This document shows positions 1-14,985 of a stretch of DNA of 64,000 nucleotides, piece by piece. Source of the DNA: Macrostomum lignano (Eukaryota); the NCBI GenBank assembly GCA_002269645.1, contig NIVC01000609.1, forward strand, positions 57,725 to 121,724. Direction: 5' to 3'. The notes beneath the pieces were generated by a model. That model saw only the letters and a program-made list of their open reading frames with translations, did not search any database and was not told where the DNA came from. The translations under genes and the position numbers were made by a program. Position 1 is the stretch's first letter. Each line of letters starts with the position of its first letter.

Positions 1-304
1 CTCACTCAGACACCCACCCACTCCTCACTCAGACACCCACCCACTCCTCACTCAGACACCCACCCACTCCTCACTCAGACACCCACCCACTCCTCACTCA
101 GACACCCACCCACTCCTCACTCAGACACCCATCCCACTCCTCACTCAGACACCCACCTCACTCCTCACTCAGACACCCACCTCACTCCTCACTCAGACAC
201 CCACCCACTCTTCACTCAGACACCCATCCCACTCCTCACTCAGACACCCACCTCACTCCTCACTCAGACACCCACCTCACTCCTCACTCAGACACCCACC
301 TCAC
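1..304. repeat. 23-bp minisatellite (ctcactcagacacccacccactc)n, continues off the window
   Basis: About 13 tandem units visible directly. Confidence 0.95.
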
Positions 305-2427
305 TCCTCCACTCGTCACCATTTCGCAGATTCAGTTGGGAGGCAGTCTGCATTAAAAACCCATCACAGTGTCATTGCCAGCTGAGGGCCCGCATTTTTC
401 CATATTTGGCACCTGATGAGCCGCCCCAGCGCAGTTAACTTGTCTTAGAATATTTATTCAAACGTATAATTTTTCCTCCCTTAGCATGATTAGACCCATC
501 CAATTTTTTTGACAAGAAATAAGCGATAAAGCCCGCATGCTTTCTGCTGTTTTACCTTTATTATCAAAGCTTTTTTATTCTCAACGCCCGAAAATCAAGA
601 AGGAGAATTGAGCCACTCACCGACATGGCTTCATCCGAGTGAAGGTCCTGAGGCATTCCGTTGCTGTCAGCCGAGGAGGACTGGGGTGGCTGCAACGGCA
701 AAATTATACCAGACATTTTACGAGTATAAAAGGAATTTTGCTATGCATGGTCGATCTAGTATATGCATTGTCGCTAGATCTATATGCATTGTCGCTAGAT
801 CTATATGCACTGTCGCTAGATCTATATGCATTGTCGCTAGATCTATATGCATTGTCGCTAGATCTATATGCATTGTCGCTAGATCTATATGCATTGTAGC
901 TAGATCTATATGCATTGTCGCTAGATCTATATGCATTGTCGCTAGATCTATATGCATTGTCGCTAGATCTATATGCATTGTCGCTAGATCTATATGCATT
1001 GTCGCTAGATCTATATGCATTGTCGCTAGATCTATATGCATTGTCGCTAGATCTATATGCATTGTCGCTAGATCTATATGCATTGTCGCTAGATCTATAT
1101 GCATTGTCACTAGATCTATATGCATTGTCGCTAGATCTATATGCACTGTCACTAGATCTATATGCACTGTCGCTAGATCTATATGCACTGTCGCAATAAC
1201 TACTGTCGCTAGACTTCTATCTCTGCCGCTTAGCCATGGGGCAAATATTCGTGCCGGAACTCATCAGTGGGGACATTAATATTAGTAAATTTCTAATTGA
1301 TCATTGCAGAACTATGACAATTGCCTTCAGAAGCTTTCTGGCGAATATTTCGTGTCGTGAAGATTTTCACAGGAAATTTTCTATCCTTCTTCTTTTTCGC
1401 GTGACAACTGCAGCAAGAGCCCTAAGCTCAAGAAAGGTGCGCCTTCAGCCCGGCAACTAATTAGAGAGAATATCCACTGAAAAATCTGTGTTCCTATGAA
1501 GCTGGGGAATTTTTTCGACTTGTCGACTTGTCGATCAGGTGGATCTCGGCGGCTGGTGATGATGGAATTTGGCAGCCCAGAATCACAAGATGAAGAACAG
1601 CGAATTGGAGAGGTGCCGGCACAAGCTGTTTAAGAATCTGCGCGCGGCTCCCCATCCGACGCAATGTTTGAGCAGTTTGGGAGTGGGAGTGACTGGGACA
1701 GGAGGCTGAGCTGGGAGAATGAGCACTGCAAGGAGATGAAAAACAATGCACTCGGGCGTACTGGGCCTGTTTGTCCAAGCCGGGGGCGGGCTTGGGACTT
1801 CAGCAGTCAAAGCTAGGGGGGGGGGTGGCAGAGAGTGCTCAAGGTCTCATAGGTGCAACCGCAATTGCTGCACCTGACGGCGAGATTAAGACAGTCTAAA
1901 ATTCACTCACTGCTCCCAATGTATATACCCCTGAGGACTCGGGGGGGCGGGCGGGGGTGAGGGGAGATGGGAGTATCAATGACAAAGTCATAAAGTCTCA
2001 AGTTTTATTACTTCTCACTTTGTAATTTGCATTCCTGATCCCATTCCTGATTACTGATGATCCCATTCCCATTACTGATGATCCCATTCCCATTACTGAT
2101 GATCCCATTCCTGATCACTGTTAATCCCATTCCTCATTACTGTTAATCCCATTTGTCATTACCGTTAATCCCATTTGTCATTACTGTTAATCCCATTCCT
2201 GACTACTGATGATCCAATAAAACAATTAACTGATAAAGCCATAATGCAATTTATAGGTAAAGTAACAAAAAATTAGTTTAATTGACAAGATTACAGCTAA
2301 AACTATTTTTGGTCTGACTATTTTCTTCCCGCCAATACGAGCGTACCTTAGCAGCGTGACTGTTGTCTTGATTCATTACTTGGCTGGGAAGATCTCCCGC
2401 ATTCTCCTCACACCTCGCTTTAGCCAT
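305..2427 (-). CDS. Candidate 5' part of an unknown minus-strand gene running off the left edge
   Basis: Putative exons: 2347-2427 (ATG..MAKARCEENAGDLPSQVMNQDNSHAAK, donor GTACGC), 621-689 (acceptor ttgcag, PPQSSSADSNGMPQDLHSDEAMS, donor GTGAGT) and 305-347 (TASQLNLRNGDEWR). Phases are compatible and there are no stops, but no homology was recognised. Confidence 0.3.
755..1215. repeat. 21-bp minisatellite (tgcattgtcgctagatctata)n
   Basis: About 21 units; explains the ORFs at 608-1279, 718-1188 and 915-1199. Confidence 0.95.
2030..2215. repeat. Degenerate ~22-bp minisatellite (gatcccattcccattactgat)n
   Basis: About 8 degenerate units. Confidence 0.8.
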
Positions 2428-2734
2428 CAATTTTCAATTTCCCCACTCTGTTTTTTAATTTCTGAGGCCTCGCTGGGCTCCCTCTCTTTTTGAAGCAGCA
2501 ATTTCCATATTTTAATTGAATTTCTCAGGCGTTCCAAGGTGCCGGAATCGCTCTATCTCCAAAGGCCCGCTTTAATTCTGAGTCCATTATAATTCAAAGT
2601 CAGCAATAGAAATGTTGCTTTGGAAATTTTGTTAGCTGGTTATAAAGGCTGATGGTCGAGGTAATATTTCTAATTCGGCTGAACAGCGGGAGTTTGGGAA
2701 TAGAAATAATAATAATAAACTACTTGACTCTAAG

Positions 2735-3690
2735 ACTGCCGGATCTATGACCCTGCGGAGGACAGACTGCCAGATCTATGACCCTGCGGAGGACAGACTG
2801 CCAGATCTATGACCCTGCTGAGGACAGACTGCCAGATCTATGACCCTGCGGAGGACAGACTGCCAGATCTATGACCCTGCGGAGGACAGACTGCCAGATC
2901 TATGACCCTGCAGAGGACAGACTGCAAGATCTATGACCCTGCTGAGGACAGACTGCCAGATCTATGACCCTGCGGAGGACAGACTGCCGGACTTATGACC
3001 CTGCTGAGGACAGACTGCCGGACTTATGACCCTGCGGAGGACAGACTGCCAGATCTATGACCCTGCTGAGGACAGACTGCCAGATCTATGACCCTGCGGA
3101 GGACAGACTGCCGGACTTATGACCCTGCTGAGGACAGACTGCCGGACTTATGACCCTGCGGAGGACAGACTGCCAGATCTATGACCCTGCGGAGGACAGA
3201 CTGCCAGATCTATGACCCTGCTGAGGACAGACTGCCGGATTTATGACCCTGCAGAGGACAGACTTCGAGAACAATGACCCTCCAGAAGACTGAATTCCAG
3301 ATCTATATGACTCTCCGGAGGACTGATGTATGACCCTCAAGAGAACAGACTTCCAGATCTATATGACTCTCCAGATGACAGATGTATGATCCTCAAGAGA
3401 ACAGACTTCCAGATCTATATGACTCTCCAGATGACAGATGTATGACCCTCAAGAGAACAGACTTCCAGATCTATATGACTCTCCAGATGACAGATGTATG
3501 ACCCTCAAGTGAACAGAATTCCAGATCTATATGACTCTCCAGATGACAGACGTATGACCCTCAAGTGAACAGAATTCCAGATCTATATGACTCTCCAGAT
3601 GACAGACGTATGACCCTCAAGTGAACAGAATTCCAGATCTATATGACTCTCCAGATGACAGACGTATGACCCTCAAGAGAACAGACTTCC
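2735..3690. repeat. 31-bp minisatellite (gactgccagatctatgaccctgcggaggaca)n grading into a related ~55-bp unit
   Basis: 31-mers to ~3260, then longer units sharing ccagatctat and atgaccct motifs. Confidence 0.9.
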
Positions 3691-3782
3691 AGATCTAATT
3701 CAAGGCCACAGGAGGTGCGTCAAATTATACACAGGTCAATTGAATCAAGTTGTACTTCTCGTGGAATTTCCCGCTAGCGAAT

Positions 3783-6700
3783 TTAAGACAGCTGAACTGA
3801 AGTGAAGTACAAAAGTTGGACAGCAATGCTGCAAAGTTTTGTATTCAGTCGGTCCTGCCTGAATTGTTGATAGAAAGAGAGACAGGTTTCGTATATGGAA
3901 TCAGCATATGGAAAACAGCCGCACCGGCAGTCTACCGTGACCCATGACAAGCTGTCCTGGGCTCTCGGGAACGACTTCGATTCCACACACCCACTTCTCT
4001 CTCCCTGCCTTCTCCGGCTATTCATGACGAAGGTTGACGATCCACTTTTAATTTGGCCTAGGTATGAATTAATTAATTCGTTGCTGATATTCTTTTCTCG
4101 GGGGGTTGCCGTGTCTTCGTTGAGAGAGAGGCACAGATAGAGAGGGAAAGAAGAGGGAGAGAAGAGGTGGAGAGACAGAGTGGAGAGAAAGAGGGGAGAG
4201 AAAGAGTGGAGAGACAGAGTGGAGAGAAAGAGTGGAGAGAAAGAGTGGAGAGACAGAGTGGAGAGACAGAGTGGAGAGAAAGAGTGGAGAGACAGAGTGG
4301 AGAGACAGAGTGGAGAGACAGAGTGGAGAGAAAGAGTAGAGAGACAGAGTGGAGAGACAGAGTGGAGAGAAAGAGTGGAGAGACAGAGTGGAGAGAAAGA
4401 GTGGAGAGAAAGAGTGGAGAGAAAGAGTGGAGAGAAAGAGTGGAGAGACAGAGTGGAGAGAAAGAGTGGAGAGAAAGAGTGGAGAGACAGAGTGGAGAGA
4501 CAGAGTGGAGAGACAGAGTGGAGAGACAGAGTGGAGAGACAGAGTGGAGAGAAAGAGTGGAGAGAAAGAGTGGAGAGAAAGAGTGGAGAGAAAGAGTGGA
4601 GAGAAAGAGTGGAGAGAAAGAGTGGAGAGAAAGAGTGGAGAGAAAGAGGAAAGAGAAAGATGGGGGAGAAAGAGAGAAAAGGTGGAATAAAAGGAGAGAA
4701 GAGGAAGGAAAAAGTAACCAAAAGCAGACCATTTGCACAGATTGAAAGTGAACTACATGCTGTTTAAAAATTGCTGCAAGCAGCCAGTCTCGCGGTGGCT
4801 AGACTTACCTGAATAAGTCGCCTCTGCTTTTGCTGCCGAGGCTTCGATCTCTTGCAGCCTCCTGCTCTCCTGCGCTTTCCCATCCTTGACAGCTGCTTCC
4901 CTCTCTGTCACTTTCTCTCCTGAACCTGCTTCGTCTTTCTTCTTTATACCCGTGCCTGCCTGTCCTTGCCTGCTCGAAAAAAACACTGATAGAGGGGCAC
5001 CAGGGGCCTTTGGGAAGTAAGTTTAGGAAGAGGATAGACCTAGCGCGAGCGCTTTGTAATCAAGCTGATACCCCGGCCTCCTCCCCTCTTCCCGAGTTCC
5101 CGGGTTGCGCCCAGGTGCCTGGCCTGTGTGCGTGCGTCAGCTTTCTCTGTCATTCGTTCCTCGCCGTCTGCTTCTCACTACTGCAGACTGCTATCAGCTG
5201 TCAGTCAAAGCAGGCTGCAAGTTTGCGGCTGTCGGGCGACGCTGCAGCCGGCCTCTAAACGACGTCTTATTGGCCCCCGAAAAAAAAGTGATGCTTGCGT
5301 CACTGTGTACAAGAAACTGCTTTTCACTCTCATTACCCTATGATTGCGTTTAAACCTAAACCTTAATCTCAATGGGAATAGCTTGGGAACAAGGACTAAG
5401 CATGGACTGTGTGAAGCTTCTGGATGGGGATTGTGAAGCTTCTGGATGGGGATTGTGAAGCTTCTGGATGGGGATTGTGAAGCTTCTGGATGGGGATTGT
5501 GAAGCTTCTGGATGGGGATTGTGAAGCTTCTGGATGGGGATTGTGAAGCTTCTGGATGGGGATTGTGAAGCTTCTGGATGGGGATTGTGAAGCTTCTGGA
5601 TGGGGATTGTGAAGCTTCTGGATGGGGATTGTGAAGCTTCTGGATGGGGATTGTGAAGCTTCTGGATGGGGATTGTGAAGCTTCTGGGTGGGGATTGTGA
5701 AGCTTCTGGATGGGGATTGTGAAGCTTCTGGATGGGGATTGTGAAGCTTCTGGATGGGGATTGTGAAAATTCTGGATGGGGATTATGAAGCTTCTGGGTG
5801 GGGATTATGAAGCTTCTGGGTGGGGATTGTGAAGCTTCTGGATGGGGATTGTGTAAGTTTGGAGATGGGGATCGTTCCATCCCTATGGGAATGGGGATGG
5901 AAAGTTAAAATTTCTATGAAGTTTCCGTGATTGGGTGGCCTGGTTACAACGAGATTCGCTTGAATCTTGGAAAATCACCTCTTGATCCAGGGCGACGGGA
6001 CGCCAAATCGTGTGCCCCACCCTGTTGGTCGTTAGTGCCATCCTATTTAATTATCCTTTACATGAGGTCTCTTCACGCTCTTGCCCAGCCTACGTCACGT
6101 TTTTATTCTTCAGCGACCAGGGCTGTGACGAATTGCAATCGGCGATTTTTAGGGAATTATCTGACCTAAAGTCTGACCACTCTCTCACAGCTTACCCCAC
6201 TCTCACACAGCTTACCCCACTCTCCTACAGCTTACACCACTCTCCCATAGCTTACCCCAATCTCCCACAGCTTACACCACTCTCCCATAGCTTACCCCAC
6301 TCTCCTACAGCTTACCCCACTCTCCCACAGCTTACCCCACTCTCCCATAGCTTACCCCACTCTCCCACAGCTTACTCCACTCTCCCACAGCTTACCCCAC
6401 TCTCCCATAGCTTACCCCACTCTCCCATAGCTTACCCCACTCTCCCATAGCTTACCCCACTCTCCCACAGCTTACCCCACTCTCCCATAGCTTACCCCAC
6501 TCTCCCATAGCTTACCCCACTCTCCCATAGCTTACCCCACTCTCCCATAGCTTACCCCACTCTCCCACAGCTTACCCCACTCTCCCATAGCTTACACCAC
6601 TCTCCCATAGCTTACCCCACTCTCCCACAGCTTACCCCACTCTCCCATAGCTTACCCAACTCTCCCATAGTTTACCCCACTCTCCCATAGCTTACCCCAC

Positions 6701-9700
6701 TCTCCCATAGCTTACACCACTCTCCCATAGCTTACCCCACTCTCCCATAGCTTACCCCACTCTCCCATAGCTTACCCCACTCTCCCATAGCTTACCCCAC
6801 TCTCCCACAGCTTACCCCACTCTCCCATAGCTTACACCACTCTCCCATAGCTTACCCTCATTCTCCCATAGCTTATCCAGCTTACCCCACTCTCCCACAG
6901 CTTATCCGACTCTCCCACCGCTTACCACACTCCCCCACTCTCCCACCGCTTAGCCTTATCCCACTCTCTCAACGCTTACCCCCACTCTCTCATATCTTAC
7001 CCAGCTTACCCCTACTCGAATTTGGACAGGCATTGCATTCTCTAATTCTCTCTGATTACTATTTATTTGCATCAAACGAATTTCCTTTAACTTACGCTTG
7101 TAAACACTTCGAGCTGTCACTCACCTTGGCTTCATTAGTCAGGCCATCAACAGCCGCCGCAGTCTCCCCAGCAGCAGCAGCTCCAGCAGCCACTCGAAAT
7201 CCGTTTCTTCCTGCAGCGGGTTTCCCAGTCGAAGCCTCTCTGTCCCGAACGCCGCCCTCTCTGCTGCTATGGCAACCCATGGCCGGCTTGTTGAAGCTCA
7301 AATTGCAAATCAATGCAGATCTCCCGTCTCAGCTGAGCGACCTCACGGAGCAGCTGAAATTAACGGTAAATCAGCCAGGCGTGCCAATTAATTAATCTGA
7401 CCCAGTCAGCACAGGTGAATTGTGTGTCGTTGGTCAAGCTTATAGTAAAGGATTAATGACATCTTGTGAGGAATTTTTGGGGCAGGACACTTTGACTGAG
7501 AGGTAGGACACTGCGGTTGAGGGGTAGGATACTTCGACTGAGGGGTAGGACACTTCGGTTGAGGGGTAGGACACTTCGGTTGAGGGGTAGGACAGTTCGG
7601 TTGAGGGGTAGGACACTTCGACTGAGGGGTAGGACACTTCGACTGAGGGGTAGGACACTTCGACTGAGGGGTAGGACACTTCGACTGAGGGGTAGGACAC
7701 TTCGACTGAGAATAGGACACTTCGACTGAGGGGTAGGACACTTCGATTGACGGGCAGGACACTTCGGTTGAGGGGTAGGACACTTCGACTGAGGAGTAGG
7801 ACACTTCGACTGAGGAGTAGGACACTACGTTTGAGGGGTAGGACACTTCGACTGATGGGTAGGACACTTCGACTGAGGGGTAGGACACTTCGACTGAGAA
7901 TAGGACACTTCGACTGAGGGGCAGGACACTTCGACTGAGGGGTAGGACACTTCGACTGAGGGATAGGACACTTCGACTGAGGGGCAGGACACTGCGGTTG
8001 AGGGGTAGGACACTTCGACTGAGGGGTAGGACACTTCGACTGAGGGATAGGACACTTCGACTGAGGGGTAGGACACTTCGACTGAGGGGCAGGACACTTC
8101 GACTGAGGGGTAGGACACTTCGACTGAGGGGCAGGACACTTCGGTTGAGGGGTAGGACACTACGGTTGAGGGGTACGACACTTCGACTGTGGGGTAGGAC
8201 ACATCGACTGAGGGGTAGGACACTTCGACTGAGGGGTAGGACACTTCGACTGAGGGGTAGGACACTTCGATTGACGGGCAGGACACTTCGGTTGAGGGGT
8301 AGGACACTACGGTTGAGAGGTAGGACACTTCGACTGATGGGTAGGACACTTCGACTGAGGGGCAGGACACTTCGACTGAGGGGTAGGACACTTAGACTGA
8401 GGGGTAGGACACTTCGACTGAGGGGCAGGACACTTCGGTTGAGGGGTAGGACACTACGGTTGAGGGGTACGACACTTCGACTGTGGGGTAGGACACATCG
8501 ACTGAGGGGTAGGACACTTCGACTGAGGGGTAGGACACTTCGACTGAGGGGTAGGACACTTCTATTGACGGGTAGGACACTTCGACTGAGGGGTAGGACA
8601 CTTCGACTGAGGGGTAGGACACTTCGACTGAGGGGTAGGACACTTCGGTTGAGGGTTAGGACACTACGGTTGAGGGGTAGGACACTTCGACTGGGGGGTA
8701 GGACACTTCGACTGAGAATAGGACACTTCGGTTGAGGAGTAGGACACTACGGTTGAGGGGTAGGACACTTCGACTGAGGGGTAGGACACTACGGTTGAGG
8801 GGTAGGACACTACGGTTGAGAGGTAGGACACTGCGGTTGAGGGGTAGGACACATCGACTGAGGGGTAGGACACATCGACTGAGGGGTAGGACACTTCGAC
8901 TGGGGGGTAGGACACTTCGACTGAGAATAGGACACTTCGGTTGAGGAGTAGGACACTACGGTTGAGGGGTAGGACACTTCGACTGAGGGGTAGGACACTA
9001 CGGTTGAGGGGTAGGACACTACGGTTGAGAGGTAGGACACTGCGGTTGAGGGGTAGGACACTTAGACTGAGGGGTAGGACACATCGACTGAGGGGTAGGA
9101 CACATCGACTGAGGGGCAGGACACTTCGACTAGGGTTTAGGACCAAGTTCAGAATTAACTAACTGATATACATCAAGAGACTCTGCGCTATGTGAAATGC
9201 ACTCAGACTTTCTCTCTGAACTTTTGCGCAAATTATGTATGGAACTATTTGACCAAAAATTTTCTTCTTTAGTGGCGGGGGGTACTCGTAAAACTTGGCA
9301 GATTCGCATTCCAACTGAGCGGGCTGGGGTGAAGGTCGTTTAACAGTTAGTGGTTTTTTTTTAGGTTTTGGGCCCGACCTCGTCAGGCTGCTTCCTTGTA
9401 CTGCGCACTAGGATTTCCGCAGTGAAATTATATCAAAGCCTTGGAAATTCGCGCTGGGCTGCTTAAGGACGACCTCTTCTGGTCACAGCTTTGAAGCTAA
9501 TTTAGCATAGATGGGCACTGGGCTGATTTTGTAAATAGTGAGTTGTTTTAGCTAAATAGCGATCTTGGACCTAGATTAGCAATCCATTCTATTCCTGCAT
9601 CCATGATGTAGGCTAGATTAGCAATCCATTCTATTCCTGCATCCATGATGTAGGCTAGATTAGCAATCCATTCTATTCCTGCATCCATGATGTAGGCTAG

Positions 9701-11790
9701 ATTAGCAATCCATTCTATTCCTGCATCCATGATGCAGGCTAGATTAGCAATCCATTCTATTCCTGCATCCATGATGTAGGCTAGATTAGCAATCCATTCT
9801 ATTCCTGCATCCATGATGTAGGCTAGATTAGCAATCCATTCTATCCCTGCATCCATGATGTAGGCTAGATTAGCAATCCATTCTATTCCTGCATCATGAT
9901 GTAGGCTAGATTAGCAATCCATTCTGTTCCTGCATCATGATGTAGGCTAGATTAGCAATCCATTCTATTCCAGCATCCTTGATGCAGGCTAGATTAGCAA
10001 TCCATTCTATTCCTGCATCCATGATGCAGGCTAGATTAGCAATCCATTCTATTAATGCATCCTTGATGCAGGCTAGATTAGCAATCCATTCTATTCCTGC
10101 ATCCATGATGTAGGCTAGATTAGCAATCCATTCTATTCCTGCATCCATGATGTAGGCTAGATTAGCAATCCATTCTATTCCTGCATCCATGATGTAGGCT
10201 AGATTAGCAATCCATTCTATTCCTTCATCCATGATGTAGGCTAGATTAGCAATCCATTCTGTTCCTGCATCCATGATGTAGGCTAGATTAGCAATCCATT
10301 CTATTCCTGCATCCATGATGCAGGCTAGATTAGCAATCCATTCTATTCCTGCATCATGATGTAGGCTAGATTAGCAATCCATTCTATTCCTGCATCATGA
10401 TGTAGGCTAGATTAGCAATCCATTCTATTCCTGCATCCTTGATGCAGGCTAGATTAGCAATTCATTCTATTCCTTCATCCATGATGCAGGCTAGATTAGC
10501 AATCCATTCTATTCCTTCATCCATGATGTAGGCTAGATTAGCAATCCATTCTATTCCTGCATCCATGATGTAGGCTAGATTAGCAATCCATTCTATTCCT
10601 GCATCCATGATGTAGGCTAGATTAGCAATCCATTCTATTTTTGCATCCATGATGTAGGCTAGATTAGCAATCCATTCTGTTCCTGCATCCATGATGCAGG
10701 CTAGATTAGCAATCCATTCTATTCCTGCATCCATGATGTAGGCTAGATTAGCAATCCATTCTATTCCTGCATCATGATGTAGGCTAGATTAGCAATCCAT
10801 TCTATTCCTGCATCCATGATGTAGGCTAGATTAGCAATCCATTCTATTCCTTATAGAACCAGTCGGCCTCCTTACTCACCAGTTGCCGACATCGCAGATA
10901 TACAGTGTACAGTCGGATATGCTTAGAATTGCTGCAGAAGAGGAGGCAATAGCGCGCTTGGCCCAGATGAAAAAAATGTTCTGGTCAGTCGGCCAGTCTG
11001 GCACCACTCGCCCACACCCTTGCGCTCTTCGCTCTCTTGGATTCCAGCTTGGCTTTTTACAAGAATCGACCTCAATAAGCGACCCAAGCTTTATTGGTCG
11101 GCTGGCCGCCACCAGTCAAATGGGAGCAGAGCAGAGCACAGCAGAGCAGAGCAGAGAAGAGATAGAAAGCAGAGATTTCTAGCTAGCTTGACTATGAAAT
11201 GTTTTTCGCTTCGCCACTCAACCTGGGATTCGTCCACGCTCGATTTCCACTATGTCGATGCCTTTCTGCCGCTCAAGGACTTCTAGATTAGAAATATCTA
11301 GATTAGAAACCAGAAAATGGGGTGAACCAAATATTTCCAGATTTATTTTACGCGCGTAGTTAAGCAAGTTAAGCAAAGTGGTAGCGGTTAGTTTCGTAGG
11401 GATAATTTTGGGGTCAATGTAAAGATCCATATGGGATTTCTGCTCCACAACTATAGACAATCTGCCATTGCTTGACTCCACAACCATAGACACAATCTGC
11501 CATTGTTTGACTCCACAACCATAGACACAATCTGCCATTGTTTGACTCCACAACCATAGACACAATCTGCCATTGTTTGACTCCACAACCATAGACACAA
11601 TCTGTCATTGCTTGACTCCACAACCATAGACACAATCTGCCATTGTTTGACTCCACAACCATAGACACAATCTGCCATTGAGTATTACCACGAAAAACAC
11701 CGAGTATCCCGAGTACTTCTCTCAACAAGAGGCCACAGCAGCAGAAGCACAGTCGCTCTCTATCTCGCTCTAGGGATTCGAATTTCTCCT
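3783..11790 (-). CDS. Candidate multi-exon gene of unknown function; start not located
   Basis: Unique GC-richer islands between arrays carry minus-strand splice signals: ~11687-11790 (..ERDRERLCFCCCGLLLREVLGILGVFR, donor GTAATA), 11223-11282 (EVLERQKGIDIVEIERGRIP), 10880-10931 (donor GTGAGT), 7125-7296 (donor GTGAGT), ~4810-4975 (donor GTAAGT) and terminal ~3783-4040 (..CRCGCFPYADSIYETCLSFYQQF..). Phases are mostly compatible, but one linking exon is uncertain and no homology was recognised. Confidence 0.3.
4140..4645. repeat. GA-rich 13-bp minisatellite (gagtggagagaaa/gagtggagagaca)n
   Basis: Direct tandem units. Confidence 0.95.
5410..5860. repeat. 22-bp minisatellite (gtgaagcttctggatggggatt)n
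   Basis: About 20 near-identical units. Confidence 0.95.
6180..7020. repeat. 20-bp minisatellite (cttaccccactctcccatag)n
   Basis: About 35 units, degenerating at the right end. Confidence 0.95.
7480..9135. repeat. 21-bp minisatellite (gaggggtaggacacttcgact)n
   Basis: About 78 units; source of the LRLRGRT / SYPSVEV pseudo-ORFs. Confidence 0.95.
9571..10852 (-). repeat. 42-bp satellite, copy 1 (atggatgcaggaatagaatggattgctaatctagcctacatc on the minus strand)
   Basis: About 30 units; same unit at 42001-42180 and 53103-54335. Confidence 0.95.
11450..11680. repeat. 35-bp minisatellite (gccattgtttgactccacaaccatagacacaatct)n
   Basis: About 6-7 units. Confidence 0.95.
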
Positions 11791-12039
11791 TTGCTCCTTC
11801 TCAGACAGCCGATGGAGATTTTGCGCGGTTTAATCAGACAGATTCGGGTCTGTTTTCTCTAGCTCTCGCTCGCCTCTTTGGTTGATCAAATTCTATAGTA
11901 AGTTCTGGAGAAGGGAAACTTTATGTATATCCTTAGTCTAATAAACCATAATTAAGTCACTGTGTGGTGCACTTCTGATTTGCTGCTAATGAATGCGAAT
12001 ATTTCCCTATCTGTTTTAATCAGCGACTGGTTCCGATTG

Positions 12040-12460
12040 CATGAACTATTGCAAGGGAATTGTGCTGATTGCATGAACTATTGCAAGGGAATTGTGCTGA
12101 TTGCATGAACTATTGCAAGGGAATTGTGCTGATTGCATGAACTATTGCAAGGGAATTGTGCTGATTGCATGAACTATTGCAAGGGAATTGTGCTGATTGC
12201 AAGAACTATTGCAAGGGAATTTTGCTGATTGGATGAACTATTGCAAGGGAATTGTGCTGATTGCATGAACTATTGCAAGGGAATTGTGCTGATTGCATGA
12301 ACTATTGCAAGGGAATTGTGCTGATTGCATGAACTATTGCAAGGGAATTGTGCTGATTGGATGAACTATTGCAAGGGAACTGTGCTGATTGCATGAACTA
12401 TTGCAAGGGAATTGTGCTGATTGCATGAACTATTGCAAGGGAATTGTGCTGATTGCATAA
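12040..12460. repeat. 32-bp minisatellite (tgcatgaactattgcaagggaattgtgctgat)n
   Basis: About 13 units. Confidence 0.95.
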
Positions 12461-12824
12461 AAGTCCGAGGCGGATTGCTTTTAAATTGCTTTGCAGATTC
12501 GCGCATTTCGAAATATAATAAAACTACATCTATTCTTTTATCCATCCTCATTTAGAGACGCATTGCCCTTCCTGTCCAAAAATTAAGCGGATTTACAGAA
12601 TCTGTTACGCACTAGCGTAATGATCCAAAATTCTGAGCCTTGTCGAGCCCTCGAAATGAAATCCCACCTGATCCGGGATATTTTATTGAGAAATAGGTTT
12701 AATTAAGAAAGCTTCGTACCAGCGAATCCAAAATAGAAACTTTATTATTCAATATGTGATAACAGAGTACCTGAATACTATTGCCATCGATCATTTTCAC
12801 CTTTACTGCATTTGTTAGTTAGTT

Positions 12825-13785
<961 letters not shown>

Positions 13786-14499
13786 CTCAGTCCGCTGACC
13801 TCTCGGCACGCACACGAATACTCGGATTAGAACGCAGGCACCCGCTCACCCAAACAAGGTGTACAGCGGCCCTGAATGACTCATTGTACACTCTTTGCAT
13901 GTATATGTACAGCATGTACACTCTTTGTGCCTTGGGGCTTGGCCCTCATGACACGACACACTTGGAATCGAGCCTGGGCCGCTGGCACATCAGAGCCATC
14001 CTGGACTGTTATCCTTCAGAGGCAATAGTTGAACATCTCGACAGTGGTCTTAGCCTTGACTGCCCTGCCTCAAATATGAATTTAGTACACCCGATTGCAT
14101 GGCTAGTAGCCATTCCTACTGCCATCTAATCAGGCGTCTGCCACCGAAGTGAAAAATTTGATTATTAAAAGTCTCTTTTAGAATAAAAAATCAACGGCTG
14201 TGCACTCACAAAGGCAATGGAGCCTCCTTCAGTTCCAATCAACTTTCGATAATAAATTAGCAAAGCAATGCTTCACTGCTTCTACATGTAACTTTCTAAT
14301 GCCAAATAGTACAAGGTTCCCTTCTAACGCTTGGCTTTTAAGCCTAGTGGCATAGTAGAACTTGTAATGAGTGCAGAGTGTGCAGAATATTTGTTTCGTA
14401 TTTATCAATGATTTTGGAATTCACGATTTTGAAAAACACTCAATCGCAACTGCTTGGCAAAGGCTTGCGCCGATCCTTCAGAGCTTCATATGCTTTGGT

Positions 14500-14985
14500 G
14501 AGCCTCACTTACCCTTCCCGATGCTTCAGTGAGCCTCACTAACCCTTCCCGATGCTTCAGTGAGCCTCACTTACCCTTCCCGATGCTTCAGTGAGCCTCA
14601 CTAACCCTTCCCGATGCTTCAGTGAGCCTCACTAACACTTCCCGATGCTTCAGTGAGCCTCACTAACACTTCCTGATGCTTCAGTAAGCCTCACTAACAC
14701 TTCCCGGTGCTTCAGTGAGCCTCACTAACACTTCCCGATGCTTCAGTGAGCCTTACTAACACTTCCCGATGCTTCAGTGAGCCTCACTAACACTTCCCGA
14801 TGCTTCAGTGAGCCTTACTAACACTTCCCGGTGCTTCAGTGGGCCTCACTAACACTTCCCGATGCTTCAGTGAGCCTTACTAACACTTCCCGATGCTTCA
14901 GTGAGCCTTACTAACACTTCCCGATGCTTCAGTGAGCCTTACTAACACTTCCCGATGCTTCAGTGAGCCTCACTTACCCTTCCCC
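14500..14985. repeat. 31-bp minisatellite (cttcccgatgcttcagtgagcctcactaaca)n
   Basis: About 15 units, each with a small gtgag-c-ctcac inverted repeat. Confidence 0.95.

Noticed and set aside
410-445. Hammerhead ribozyme cores (CTGATGAG at 413; similar at 28070 and 39657)
   Set aside because: None is followed by a stem II and the GAAA core.
608-10734. Long periodic ORFs (ARSICIV, ERVERKSG, SYPSVEV, LRLRGRT, MDAGIEWIANLAYI and others)
   Set aside because: They are translations of stop-free minisatellite units, open on several frames and both strands, with no splice or start context.
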